A stretch of 64,000 bases of DNA, from the NCBI GenBank assembly GCA_965203055.1, contig OZ241863.1, positions 4,192,001 through 4,256,000 of the forward strand, in the 5' to 3' direction. This document shows, one piece after another, positions 48,327 through 56,795 of this stretch. The position numbers and the translations under genes were made by a program. Below the pieces are notes generated by a model. It saw nothing but the letters and a program-made list of their open reading frames with translations, had not been told where the DNA came from and made no database searches. Source of the stretch: Spirochaetia bacterium. GTDB taxonomy: Bacteria > Spirochaetota > Spirochaetia > SZUA-6 > Bin103. Positions within the stretch are counted from its first letter, which is position 1, and every line of letters begins with the position of its first letter.

Positions 48327-48371
48327 CCTCACCGGAGATCACCTCACCGGGGATCACCTCACTGGAGATCA
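48327..48371. repeat. 3 x 15-bp tandem repeat
   Basis: CCTCACCGGAGATCA, CCTCACCGGGGATCA, CCTCACTGGAGATCA. Confidence 0.9.
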
Positions 48372-48740
48372 ATGGTGTTCCTCCGGCGCCGGCGCCGCGC
48401 CCGCGGCCCGCTCGCTGGCGAAGGTGTCGAAGTAGCCGAACACGAACAGCGCGATCATCACCACGAAGAACACCGCGGAGAAGATCAGCACCTTGAACAC
48501 AAAGGGGAACTTGTCGGAGAACAGGTGCATGAAGATGCCCGCCACCAGCGTCCCCTTGAGACTGGCCACTATCAGGGCCACGATCACGCCGGCCGTCACC
48601 GGCAAGTCCAGCCGGCTCACCGCCACCGTCACCACCGTCAGCAGCAGCAGCGACACGAATACCACGAAGTAGCTGCGCACCTCCCGGTGGACGTGTTCGG
48701 CCGTATGCTCCGCGTTCATGTTGCCCCCCGCCGCGCTCAT
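48369..48740 (-). CDS. Cytochrome c oxidase subunit IV family protein
   Basis: YFVVFVSLLLLTVVTV, ASLKGTLVAGIFMHL. Confidence 0.85.
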   Translation of the reverse strand: MSAAGGNMNAEHTAEHVHREVRSYFVVFVSLLLLTVVTVAVSRLDLPVTAGVIVALIVASLKGTLVAGIFMHLFSDKFPFVFKVLIFSAVFFVVMIALFVFGYFDTFASERAAGAAPAPEEHH

Positions 48741-48757
48741 CTATGATTGTCGCCCCG

Positions 48758-49360
48758 TCACAGGAGATACAGCACCGGAAACAGGAAGATCCATACCAGG
48801 TCTACGAAGTGCCAGTAGAGCCCCGCCACTTCGATGCGGTTGGCCATCTTGTCCGGGTTCTCGCGGTAGATGGCGGGCGCCGAGAACAGGTGGTAGGCGT
48901 TGACCGCGACGCCGAACAGGATGTGCAGCCCGTGGATCCCGGTCAGCGCAAAGTAGATGGCGAAGAAGGTGCTGGTGGCGGGGTAACGGCCGTGGGAGAA
49001 CTCCTCGCCGTACTCGAAGCCCTTGATCACCAGAAACGCGACCGCCAGCAGGATGGTCAGGCCGAAGTACACCTGGAACGCGCCGAAGCGCCGCAGCTTG
49101 AGCGACGCCCAGGCCATCACCATGGTAAGCGAGGAGCTGATCAGGACCGCGGTGTTGATGGTGGCCAGGGTGACGTTGAGGTAGTCGGCGCCGTAGGGCC
49201 AGCTCCCGGCCAGGCCGCCCGCGCCGATGCGCAGCAGGATGTAGGTGGAGAAGAAGGCGCCGAAGAACAGTACTTCGGAGGCCAGGAACAGCCAGATGCC
49301 GAGCTTGGCGTTGTAGACCCCGGTAACCGGATGGTCGTGTTGATCGTAGGGTATTTCCAT
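48758..49360 (-). CDS. ctaE: Cytochrome c oxidase subunit III
   Basis: WLFLASEVLFF, NTAVLISSS, TGIHGLH, YWHFVDLVW. Confidence 0.93.
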   Translation of the reverse strand: MEIPYDQHDHPVTGVYNAKLGIWLFLASEVLFFGAFFSTYILLRIGAGGLAGSWPYGADYLNVTLATINTAVLISSSLTMVMAWASLKLRRFGAFQVYFGLTILLAVAFLVIKGFEYGEEFSHGRYPATSTFFAIYFALTGIHGLHILFGVAVNAYHLFSAPAIYRENPDKMANRIEVAGLYWHFVDLVWIFLFPVLYLL

Positions 49361-49368
49361 CCGTCGCT

Positions 49369-51153
49369 CTACGCCCTCTTCAAGTGCTGCGGCGAGAAGT
49401 CGCGGCGCGCCTTCGGCACGCTGTACTCGTAGGGGCCGCGGTACACTTCCACCGGCTGCGGAAAGTTGCCGTGGCCGAGCGGCGGCGAGCTGGTGGCCCA
49501 CTCCAGGGTAGTGCCCTGCCACGGGTTGTCGTCCACCCGTTCGCCGCGCTTCAGGCTGACGCAGAAGTTGACGATGAACACCACCTGCGCCAGCGCCAGC
49601 CCCCATGAGGAGTAGGTGATGAGCTGGTTGATCCAGAGCACCTCCTGGGCGTGGGCGTAGGTGGCGCCGCCGTCGTAGAGGCGCCGCGACACGCCGGCCA
49701 TGCCGAGCACGAACATCGGCGTGAAGGTGCCGAACATGAACACCAGCGTGGGCCAGAAGTGCCACCGCCCGAGGGTGTCGTCGAGACGCCGGCCGGTGAC
49801 CTTCGGATACCAGTGGTAGACGCCGGCGAACAGCGCCATCAGCGTCCCCGGCGCCACCACGAAGTGGAAGTGGCCGATCACGTAGTAGGTGTCGTGCAGG
49901 TGGATGTCCGCCACCGCCAGCCCCAGCGGCAGACCGGTGAGGCCGCCGATCCCGAACATGGGAATGAACGCCAGGGCGAACAGCATCGGCGTGGTGAAGC
50001 GGATCGACCCGCCCCACAGCGACATGATCATCACCGTGAGGATGATGATCGACGGCACCGAGATGATCATGGTGGTGAGCTGGAAGAAGGTGCTGATGGC
50101 GGTGCCCATGCCGGTGAGGAACATGTGATGCGCCCACACCAGGAACGACATGACGCCGAGGAACAGCACCGAGTAGACCAGCACGCGGTAGCCGTACAGC
50201 GGCTTGCGGGAGTTGTTGGCCAGGATCTCGCAGACGATGCCCATCGCCGGCAGGATCAGCACGTACACCTCGGGATGGGCCAGGAACCAGAACAGGTGCT
50301 GCCATAGCAGGGCGCTGCCGCCGCCGCTCCCGGGGTAGGCTTCGCCGCTCACCACCAGCCCCGAGGGCATGAAGAAGCTGGTGCCGGCCACGCGGTCCAG
50401 GAGCTGCATGAAGCCGGCCACCTCCAGCGGCGGGAACGCGAGCAGCAACAGCAGGCTGGTGACCAACTGCGCCCACACCAGGAACGGCATGCGCATGAAC
50501 TGCAGGCCGGGCGCGCGGAGTTGGACGATGGTGGTGATGATGTTGACCGAACCAAGCAGCGAGGAATTGATCAGCAGCACCATCCCCAGCAGCCACCAGG
50601 TCTGGCCGGCGGTCTCGATTACCGCCAGCGGCGGATAGGAGGTCCAGCCCGACTTGGCGGCGCCGCCGGGCACGAAGAAGCTGATCAGCATCACCACTCC
50701 GCCGGCGAAGTAGAGCCAGTAGCTGGCGGCGTTCAGCTTCGGAAACGCCATGTCCGGCGCCCCCACCTGCAGCGGGACCAGATAGTTGCCGAAGGCGCCC
50801 ACCGCCAGCGGCACCACCCCCAGGAACACCATGATGGTGCCGTGCATGGCGCCGAGCTGGTTGTAGAACTCCGGCAGCATGATGCCTTCCGGCATGCGGG
50901 CGGCGCCGAACCACCCGCCGATCAGCGGCAGCGCCTGCTCCGGGAACGCGAGCTGCCAGCGCATCAGCAGAATGAACCCGAAGCCGAGCAGCAGGAACAC
51001 CATGGCGGTGATGCCGTACTGGATGCCGATGACCTTGTGATCGACGGAGAAGACGTACTTGCGGATGAAACTCTCCGGCGGGCTGTGGCCGGCGCCGCTG
51101 TGGCCGGCGGCGCCGTGGCCGTGGGCCGCCGGGGGGTGTTCTACCTTGCCCAT
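49369..51153 (-). CDS. ctaD: Cytochrome c oxidase subunit I (A1-type)
   Basis: DHKVIG, MHGTIM, DMAFP, GWTSYPPL, HPEVY, WAHHMF, HDTYYVIGHFH, RR. Confidence 0.95.
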   Translation of the reverse strand: MGKVEHPPAAHGHGAAGHSGAGHSPPESFIRKYVFSVDHKVIGIQYGITAMVFLLLGFGFILLMRWQLAFPEQALPLIGGWFGAARMPEGIMLPEFYNQLGAMHGTIMVFLGVVPLAVGAFGNYLVPLQVGAPDMAFPKLNAASYWLYFAGGVVMLISFFVPGGAAKSGWTSYPPLAVIETAGQTWWLLGMVLLINSSLLGSVNIITTIVQLRAPGLQFMRMPFLVWAQLVTSLLLLLAFPPLEVAGFMQLLDRVAGTSFFMPSGLVVSGEAYPGSGGGSALLWQHLFWFLAHPEVYVLILPAMGIVCEILANNSRKPLYGYRVLVYSVLFLGVMSFLVWAHHMFLTGMGTAISTFFQLTTMIISVPSIIILTVMIMSLWGGSIRFTTPMLFALAFIPMFGIGGLTGLPLGLAVADIHLHDTYYVIGHFHFVVAPGTLMALFAGVYHWYPKVTGRRLDDTLGRWHFWPTLVFMFGTFTPMFVLGMAGVSRRLYDGGATYAHAQEVLWINQLITYSSWGLALAQVVFIVNFCVSLKRGERVDDNPWQGTTLEWATSSPPLGHGNFPQPVEVYRGPYEYSVPKARRDFSPQHLKRA

Positions 51154-51254
51154 TGCGCACCCGCCCGTTGCTCGCTGGTCACCTGTTCAGCCCCCCTCTC
51201 CCGGTCTCTCTTGGTCGATCAGCTCCCGCTCGGCTCCCATTCGGCTCGCTCCGC

Positions 51255-52163
51255 TCAGCTCGAAGGGACCTCCATCACGGTATCCACCGTGGCCTGCTCG
51301 CCCGCCGCCACCGTCACCGTGTGGGTCTGCGCCGGCAGCCGCTCATGCCAGATCTCCAACTCGTAGGTGCCGGCCGGCAGGTTGCCGATGGTGAAGGCGC
51401 CGTCAGCGCCGGTGACCGCGAAGTAGGGGTGATCGAACACCGCCGCCCAGGCGTTCATCCAGGGGTGCACGTCGCACTTGATCGCGAACGGAGTCGGCTC
51501 CGCCTTGTCGAACACCTTCTCCAGCTCGGTGCGGAATTGGGGCATCGCCTCGTTGAACTCGGCGTTGACCTTGGAGAAGGCATGCACGTTGTGCAGCGTG
51601 CCGTCAGGATTGAGGATCTTCAGGGTCTGGCCGACGCGGAGCGCGAACACGTGCGGGTTGTACTGGCAGCCGCCCTGATCGAACTCCACTGCCTCGCCGG
51701 GAGCTTCATGCTCCATGGCCGGCAGGCCGCCCTTGATCTGCACCAGCACGTTGGCGATGCGCTGCCCCTCGCCGAGCACCAGCACCTGGCGCCGCCTGGG
51801 GTTTTCCTTGCTCAGCTCCTCGCACACCGGATCGGCGGCCATGTCCAGCACCGCCATTTCCGGCGCCTCGCCGTTGAAGGTCACCGTGCCGCTGATCGAA
51901 GCGTTGTTGGCGTCGGCGGCGGCCGGCGCTGCCGGCTGCTGCGCGGCGTTCGGACTGTCGGGGGCCGGCTCGCCCGCGCTGCCATCCCCGCCGCCTCCGT
52001 CGTCACCGCCGCCGCAGGCGGCCAGCGCCAGCGCCAAGCCCAGGCCGGCGAGGAGCAGCCGGCTGCGCGGCGCGCGGCGCGGGGATGAGGGAAAGCGGCT
52101 CAGAGCGCTGCCGGGCCTGAAGCCGGCAAGCCTGAGGTCGGCAAACGCGGTCCTGTCGAACAT
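51255..52163 (-). CDS. Lipoprotein with cupredoxin-like and carboxypeptidase-regulatory-like domains
   Basis: LAAC lipobox; DQGGCQY.PHV, LHNVH, CDVHPWM, PAGTY..WHE; AGGAGG RBS; promoter TTGACA-18-TAGCTT (52299-52270). Confidence 0.8.
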   Translation of the reverse strand: MFDRTAFADLRLAGFRPGSALSRFPSSPRRAPRSRLLLAGLGLALALAACGGGDDGGGGDGSAGEPAPDSPNAAQQPAAPAAADANNASISGTVTFNGEAPEMAVLDMAADPVCEELSKENPRRRQVLVLGEGQRIANVLVQIKGGLPAMEHEAPGEAVEFDQGGCQYNPHVFALRVGQTLKILNPDGTLHNVHAFSKVNAEFNEAMPQFRTELEKVFDKAEPTPFAIKCDVHPWMNAWAAVFDHPYFAVTGADGAFTIGNLPAGTYELEIWHERLPAQTHTVTVAAGEQATVDTVMEVPSS

Positions 52164-52399
52164 GGTCGGCGGGCCTCCTGAAGGGTATCGAATCGGGTGT
52201 GACAAAAGCCGCATGGGCACTGAATCGGCCGCAGTGTAACCGGTAGACGTAGAAATCCGGCTCAGCAAGAAGCTACGTCACCCCCCCGCCCACTGTCAAC
52301 ACACCCGCGGCAACAAGACAACCATCGCCGCGGGCCGGTCGATAAGGAGGCCCTGTCCCAACGGCGACTGGCAGCAGCGGCCGCCGAGCCCGCCCGCCT

Positions 52400-53227
52400 T
52401 CAGGACGCTGGCCGGAGCACGAGGTACGGCGGGTTGGTCTCTTCCCAACGTCGGATCTCGTCGAGCAGCGTCGTACCCTCCAATCCTCCGGCAGCGCGGA
52501 GCACGCGCGCGATGCCCGATACCCCGACACTCGATGGCAAGTCACCCAGAACGTTCCTGAGCCCGATCCGGAGAACCTCCAACACGTCATGTCCTCGTAC
52601 CTGCCGCCACGGTTGCACCTTCGGCAGCCGGCCAATGCAGCGTTCCAATTCGTCCTCCAAACCAGCCGCCGCCGCACGAATCAGCCCCTCACGGTCCACC
52701 TGCCACGTGCCTTCATCCAGGAACCTCGGAATCCGTATCTTCTCCGAGCAGAGATTCAGACCGCATGCGTGCGCCCACCTGAGCTGCCCGAAAACGCTTG
52801 CTCGACGCAACAGCGCGGTCGGTACGTCGCTACCTTCTCGTGCCTCGAAGGCGTCGATCTTCGTCCATGTTCCGAACTCGGCCAACACTTTGTCGAACAC
52901 CGGAGCCTGACATAGCAGAAAGCACTCAAGATCATGGGGCGCCACGGCCACCAGATTGCTCGATCCCAGGCTCTTCCCGATCAAGCAATCGTAATCCTCA
53001 TCGACGATGCCCAGCACCCCGCCGACATCCCCATCAAGCCGTTGAACGGCCGCCATGACGTTCGGCTTACCTTCGCCGTCGACCAGCGTACAAGCGGAAT
53101 GTTTTTGCGGCCTCCAGAATCGAGCGTCGTCGGAACCCTCGACTATCAGGACCGAACAGTCGTTCGCCTGCCGTTCCATCTTGACTTCAGTTACGATGAT
53201 GCCCGGATTCTTGTGTCCTGTCGGCAC
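52400..53227 (-). CDS. DUF4435/TOPRIM-like protein (AriB-like)
   Basis: IVEGSDD, GKPNV, VDEDYD, HDLE, RGHD motifs; zero gap to the ATPase gene. Confidence 0.75.
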   Translation of the reverse strand: MPTGHKNPGIIVTEVKMERQANDCSVLIVEGSDDARFWRPQKHSACTLVDGEGKPNVMAAVQRLDGDVGGVLGIVDEDYDCLIGKSLGSSNLVAVAPHDLECFLLCQAPVFDKVLAEFGTWTKIDAFEAREGSDVPTALLRRASVFGQLRWAHACGLNLCSEKIRIPRFLDEGTWQVDREGLIRAAAAGLEDELERCIGRLPKVQPWRQVRGHDVLEVLRIGLRNVLGDLPSSVGVSGIARVLRAAGGLEGTTLLDEIRRWEETNPPYLVLRPAS

Positions 53228-54568
53228 TCAGTCCGAGCCTCCGAGCCCGATCATCAGATCCGCCCTGTCGCCGATGATGTACGGTGAATGCGTCGCAATC
53301 AACGTATCGAAGTTGGACAGTTTTACGATCTCCAGGAGATCCGGAAGAAACTTCTTTTGCCACGCTACGTGCAGCGACAGTTCCGGTTCATCGATCAAGA
53401 CGATGGTATTTGAAGGCACATTGAACAGAAGATCGTAGTACAGGACGAGTTCGTGCTGCTCGCCGGACGAGAGGCAGTCCAACTCCAGCAGTTGATTGTC
53501 GTCAGTCACCGCGACAAGACCGTGCTCCCGATCCATGCGGATCTTCTTATTTCGAAAATTATAGTTCATCTTTTCCAGAAGAAGGCGTGAGCGGTCCTTC
53601 AAGGCATCCAGCTTCGCCAGTTTTGCCGTCGTATCATGCACGTACAACGTCATCACGCGCGCCTGCGGGGAATCGATGTCCTCCAGCATTCCGACGGGAA
53701 TCGGACTCGCCTGCGTTTCTTCCAGAATACCGAGATTTTTCAGTTCATCCGTTTTCTTTTTGATATCTGATATGTGGCATACGAGTTCGTCAACAGTCAT
53801 CTCTTCTTTCGCAGTAATCAAACGATGGAGAAAGGACTGATCCAGTGTCTGCGATTGTCGCCCATAATCGGCCATGGTATCAGCAAGGCGAGTTCTGAAT
53901 TCATGACCATATTCGACTACCGTGGAAACCAACGCGCTGGCGCCAGATTGCCAATAGCGACGACGTGGTGGTCGATCTCGATGACCTTCTCCGAACTGGA
54001 ACAATCTTTGCTCCTCGATCAGATGAGTGTTCACAGCCTTGAGGAAACTCTGAAACCAGATCGGTGTTCTGGGGCTGTCCCCTTCGGCGTTTGATTGTGA
54101 GAAAAGATCTCCATATCGGGAGATGACTTCCGGTGACATAAGCAGCTCTCCGTCGCGGGTATCTATCCAAGCATCCGGAATGGTTGGATGATGCTGCAGA
54201 TGGCCGATGGATGCGGCGATACGTTCTGCTTCGGTTCTCAGACGGACCTGTGCCGAATGTTCTTCTTTGCCGTTCTCGTACACCTTCAACGTAGCCGCGT
54301 TGCCGTCTGTCGGGGACTTATGGAGTGCTATCGCGCTTCCGTCATGAAATCCAATGGCAAGGCGGGAAAATGGAATTCGCTCAAAGTACGAAAGACGGGC
54401 ATTGAGCAACGCATCGATCATTCGCAGAATGACGGTCTTCCCGCTACCGTTGGGCCCGTGCAGCAGCGTTACGCGGTCGTCCAGCTTGAGATCGATGCGA
54501 TGATCGTAGACGTTGAAGAGCCGATCGACCTCGATTCGTTCGAGCCTTCGGAATTCGGGTTTGCTCAT
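53228..54568 (-). CDS. ABC-type ATPase (AAA_15/AAA_21, AriA-like)
   Basis: GPNGSGKT, LSSGEQ, LIDEPELSLH, ATHSP; low GC; promoter TTGACA-16-TATTAT (54611-54584). Confidence 0.88.
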   Translation of the reverse strand: MSKPEFRRLERIEVDRLFNVYDHRIDLKLDDRVTLLHGPNGSGKTVILRMIDALLNARLSYFERIPFSRLAIGFHDGSAIALHKSPTDGNAATLKVYENGKEEHSAQVRLRTEAERIAASIGHLQHHPTIPDAWIDTRDGELLMSPEVISRYGDLFSQSNAEGDSPRTPIWFQSFLKAVNTHLIEEQRLFQFGEGHRDRPPRRRYWQSGASALVSTVVEYGHEFRTRLADTMADYGRQSQTLDQSFLHRLITAKEEMTVDELVCHISDIKKKTDELKNLGILEETQASPIPVGMLEDIDSPQARVMTLYVHDTTAKLAKLDALKDRSRLLLEKMNYNFRNKKIRMDREHGLVAVTDDNQLLELDCLSSGEQHELVLYYDLLFNVPSNTIVLIDEPELSLHVAWQKKFLPDLLEIVKLSNFDTLIATHSPYIIGDRADLMIGLGGSD

Positions 54569-54644
54569 GATTTCTCACTCAGGATAATAGAAGAGGGCGT
54601 GTGGTTGTCAAATGCGCGCGTTCAGACGTCGCGCCGGACGGCGC

Positions 54645-55088
54645 TCAGTGCCGGCGGAGGCGTTCCGCGCGCCGCTTTTCGAAGCCTTCCGCCATGTGGT
54701 GGCGGAACGGCAGGACGCGTTCTGGCACCGGCACGCCGCGGAACTCGGCGCGGCACAGGTAGCACACCGCCATCAGCGGCACGCGCCGGTAGATCAGCAG
54801 ATCGACCAGCGCCAGCACCATCAGGCTGACGCCGTAGGTGAACGGCACCAGGAGGGCGCCCACCACCACCAAGCCGATGCCGATAGCCCGCGGGAACGCC
54901 TTCTGGCGAAAGAAGCGGCTGCAGTCGCAGACCGGACATTGCTCCAGGCGGACCGCGGCCTCGCCGATCGGGTAGCGGCGCCCGCAGGAAGGGCATTGCA
55001 GGGCGTCCTGCCGCGGGCCGCCGGCCAAGCCGCGGCCGCCGGCCAAGGCCGCGCCGCAGGCGGCGCACTGCGCCCGTATTTCAAGCAC
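54645..55088 (-). CDS. Small membrane protein with four CxxC motifs
   Basis: CAAC, CPSC, CPVC, CYLC around two TM segments. Confidence 0.65.
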   Translation of the reverse strand: MLEIRAQCAACGAALAGGRGLAGGPRQDALQCPSCGRRYPIGEAAVRLEQCPVCDCSRFFRQKAFPRAIGIGLVVVGALLVPFTYGVSLMVLALVDLLIYRRVPLMAVCYLCRAEFRGVPVPERVLPFRHHMAEGFEKRRAERLRRH

Positions 55089-55253
55089 CGCGCTGCAAGC
55101 GCCGCGCCGCGCGCCGCCGGGGAGCGCCGCTCGGCCCCGGTTGGTCGCCGCGCCGGGCGCGGGCGGAAGCGCCGCGGCGGCCCGCGAAGTTCCGCCCGGC
55201 GCGGGCCGCGGGCGGCAGCCGCTCGCGCCGGCGGCCGCGAACGCTGGCCGGCG

Positions 55254-56075
55254 TCACAGCACGACCCCGTAGCGGAGCAGGAAGAAGCGGTAGGAGAAGT
55301 CGCCGATGATGGCCGCCACCACCACCACGTAGAGGATGCCGGTAGCGGCCTGGGTGGACTTGGCGCGCAGCGTGCGCTGCACCAGCCAGATCGCCGCCAG
55401 CGGAAACAGCGTGCCGAAGAACACCGCCGCCGCCAGCAGAAACCCGTCCAGCGTCGCGACGAAGGCGTACAACGGCAACGGCAGCCCCTGGTAGGGCACG
55501 CTCTGAGTGGCGAAGGCGGCGCCGTTCCAGACCAGACGCAGCGCCAGCAGTACGCCGTATACGGTCACCGCCCGCGCCAGGATGGCGATCGGCAGCCGGG
55601 TGACGTTCAGGTACCAGTGGCCGAGCACCATGGTGTACAGCGCCAGGCCCAGGGTCAGGCCGCCAAGCAGGGTGACCGCGACTGCCCCGGCCGGCGCCGC
55701 GCCCGCCGGCGTGCGCGCCACCGTGGCCGCCGCGGTCACCACCAATCCCAGCAGCGAAGGCAGCGTGACCAGCGCCAGGCTCGGCCGCGGCCGCTCCCAC
55801 TGGCTCCAGGTTACGGCCAGCAGGCCCGCCAGCCAGAGCGCCGCCAGCACGGCCAGCCCGGCGCCCCGCAACGGCAGCAGGCGCGCCGCCGCCGGTTCGC
55901 TGCCCGGCGCCGCGAACAACAGCGCGCACAGACCCAGGCTGAGGATGAAGCAACTCACGCCCAGGTTGAAACGGTAGAAGCCGCGGTCGATGGCGGCGTT
56001 GGCGTTGGACCAGAAGCACAGCGGATAGGCCGCCGCGAAGGCCAGAAAACCGCTCAGGGAGAGCTCAGTCAGCAT
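55254..56075 (-). CDS. Hypothetical multi-pass membrane protein
   Basis: Multiple hydrophobic helices; MVLGHWYL and STQAATGILY motifs. Confidence 0.7.
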   Translation of the reverse strand: MLTELSLSGFLAFAAAYPLCFWSNANAAIDRGFYRFNLGVSCFILSLGLCALLFAAPGSEPAAARLLPLRGAGLAVLAALWLAGLLAVTWSQWERPRPSLALVTLPSLLGLVVTAAATVARTPAGAAPAGAVAVTLLGGLTLGLALYTMVLGHWYLNVTRLPIAILARAVTVYGVLLALRLVWNGAAFATQSVPYQGLPLPLYAFVATLDGFLLAAAVFFGTLFPLAAIWLVQRTLRAKSTQAATGILYVVVVAAIIGDFSYRFFLLRYGVVL

Positions 56076-56192
56076 CGTCGATTGGCGGCCCCGGGGCCGT
56101 CCGCTCCATCCTCTCCATCGGCCCCGCCGGCGTCAACGCCGCGTCCCGCCCGCCCCGTCCCGCCGCGCGCTGCGGGCGCGATTGCCGGCCGG

Positions 56193-56792
56193 TCACTCCG
56201 GCGCGGCGCCGCCGGTCACCAGCGTGCCGGTCACGGGCGCCGCGAACCGGATCGTCTTGCTGCGGACATCCACCTCCAGGCCGTGGCCGCGCACCTCCGA
56301 GCCGTCGTCCCGCGACACCTCCACGACCTGCTCCGCGTCCGAGCTGAGCCGGCGCCGTTCATCGTCCCAGCGCAGGGCCGCGGCGTGCAGCAATACGCCC
56401 TGCGACTCGGAGCGCAAGCGGACCGCCCCGGCCACTTCGGCATCCTCGCTGGCGGTATGATACCGGGCGAAGTCGGCGCTGCCGGTGGTGACGGGTTCGC
56501 CGGCCCGGTCATACTCGGTATAGCGCACGTCGCGCAGCTCGGTGACGCCCCGGCGGGGGAAGTTCTGCACTTGGCGCGCACGGATTTCCGCCACCACCCG
56601 CCCGTTGCGCACTACCGTGTGGGTGACCTCGGAAAGCTCGGTTTCCGGCACCTCGTCGAGGAGCTCCTCGGGCGTTGCGCCGCCTGCCGCGTAGTCGAAG
56701 CTGCACGCCGCGGCAAATAATGCGGTGGCAGCGATCAGAAGGCCGGTTCGCGTGCGCCCGGATTTCGTCCGTCCGTCCGGCGGGTGCGCCAT
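56193..56792 (-). CDS. lptC: LPS export periplasmic protein LptC-like
   Basis: Lipobox AAAC; beta-rich with LRWDD and G.EVRG.GLEVD patterns. Confidence 0.7.
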   Translation of the reverse strand: MAHPPDGRTKSGRTRTGLLIAATALFAAACSFDYAAGGATPEELLDEVPETELSEVTHTVVRNGRVVAEIRARQVQNFPRRGVTELRDVRYTEYDRAGEPVTTGSADFARYHTASEDAEVAGAVRLRSESQGVLLHAAALRWDDERRRLSSDAEQVVEVSRDDGSEVRGHGLEVDVRSKTIRFAAPVTGTLVTGGAAPE

Positions 56793-56795
56793 GGG

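Noticed and set aside
53228..54568. Septu or retron-associated PtuA system
   Set aside because: The partner gene is TOPRIM-like rather than HNH, and no reverse transcriptase is nearby.
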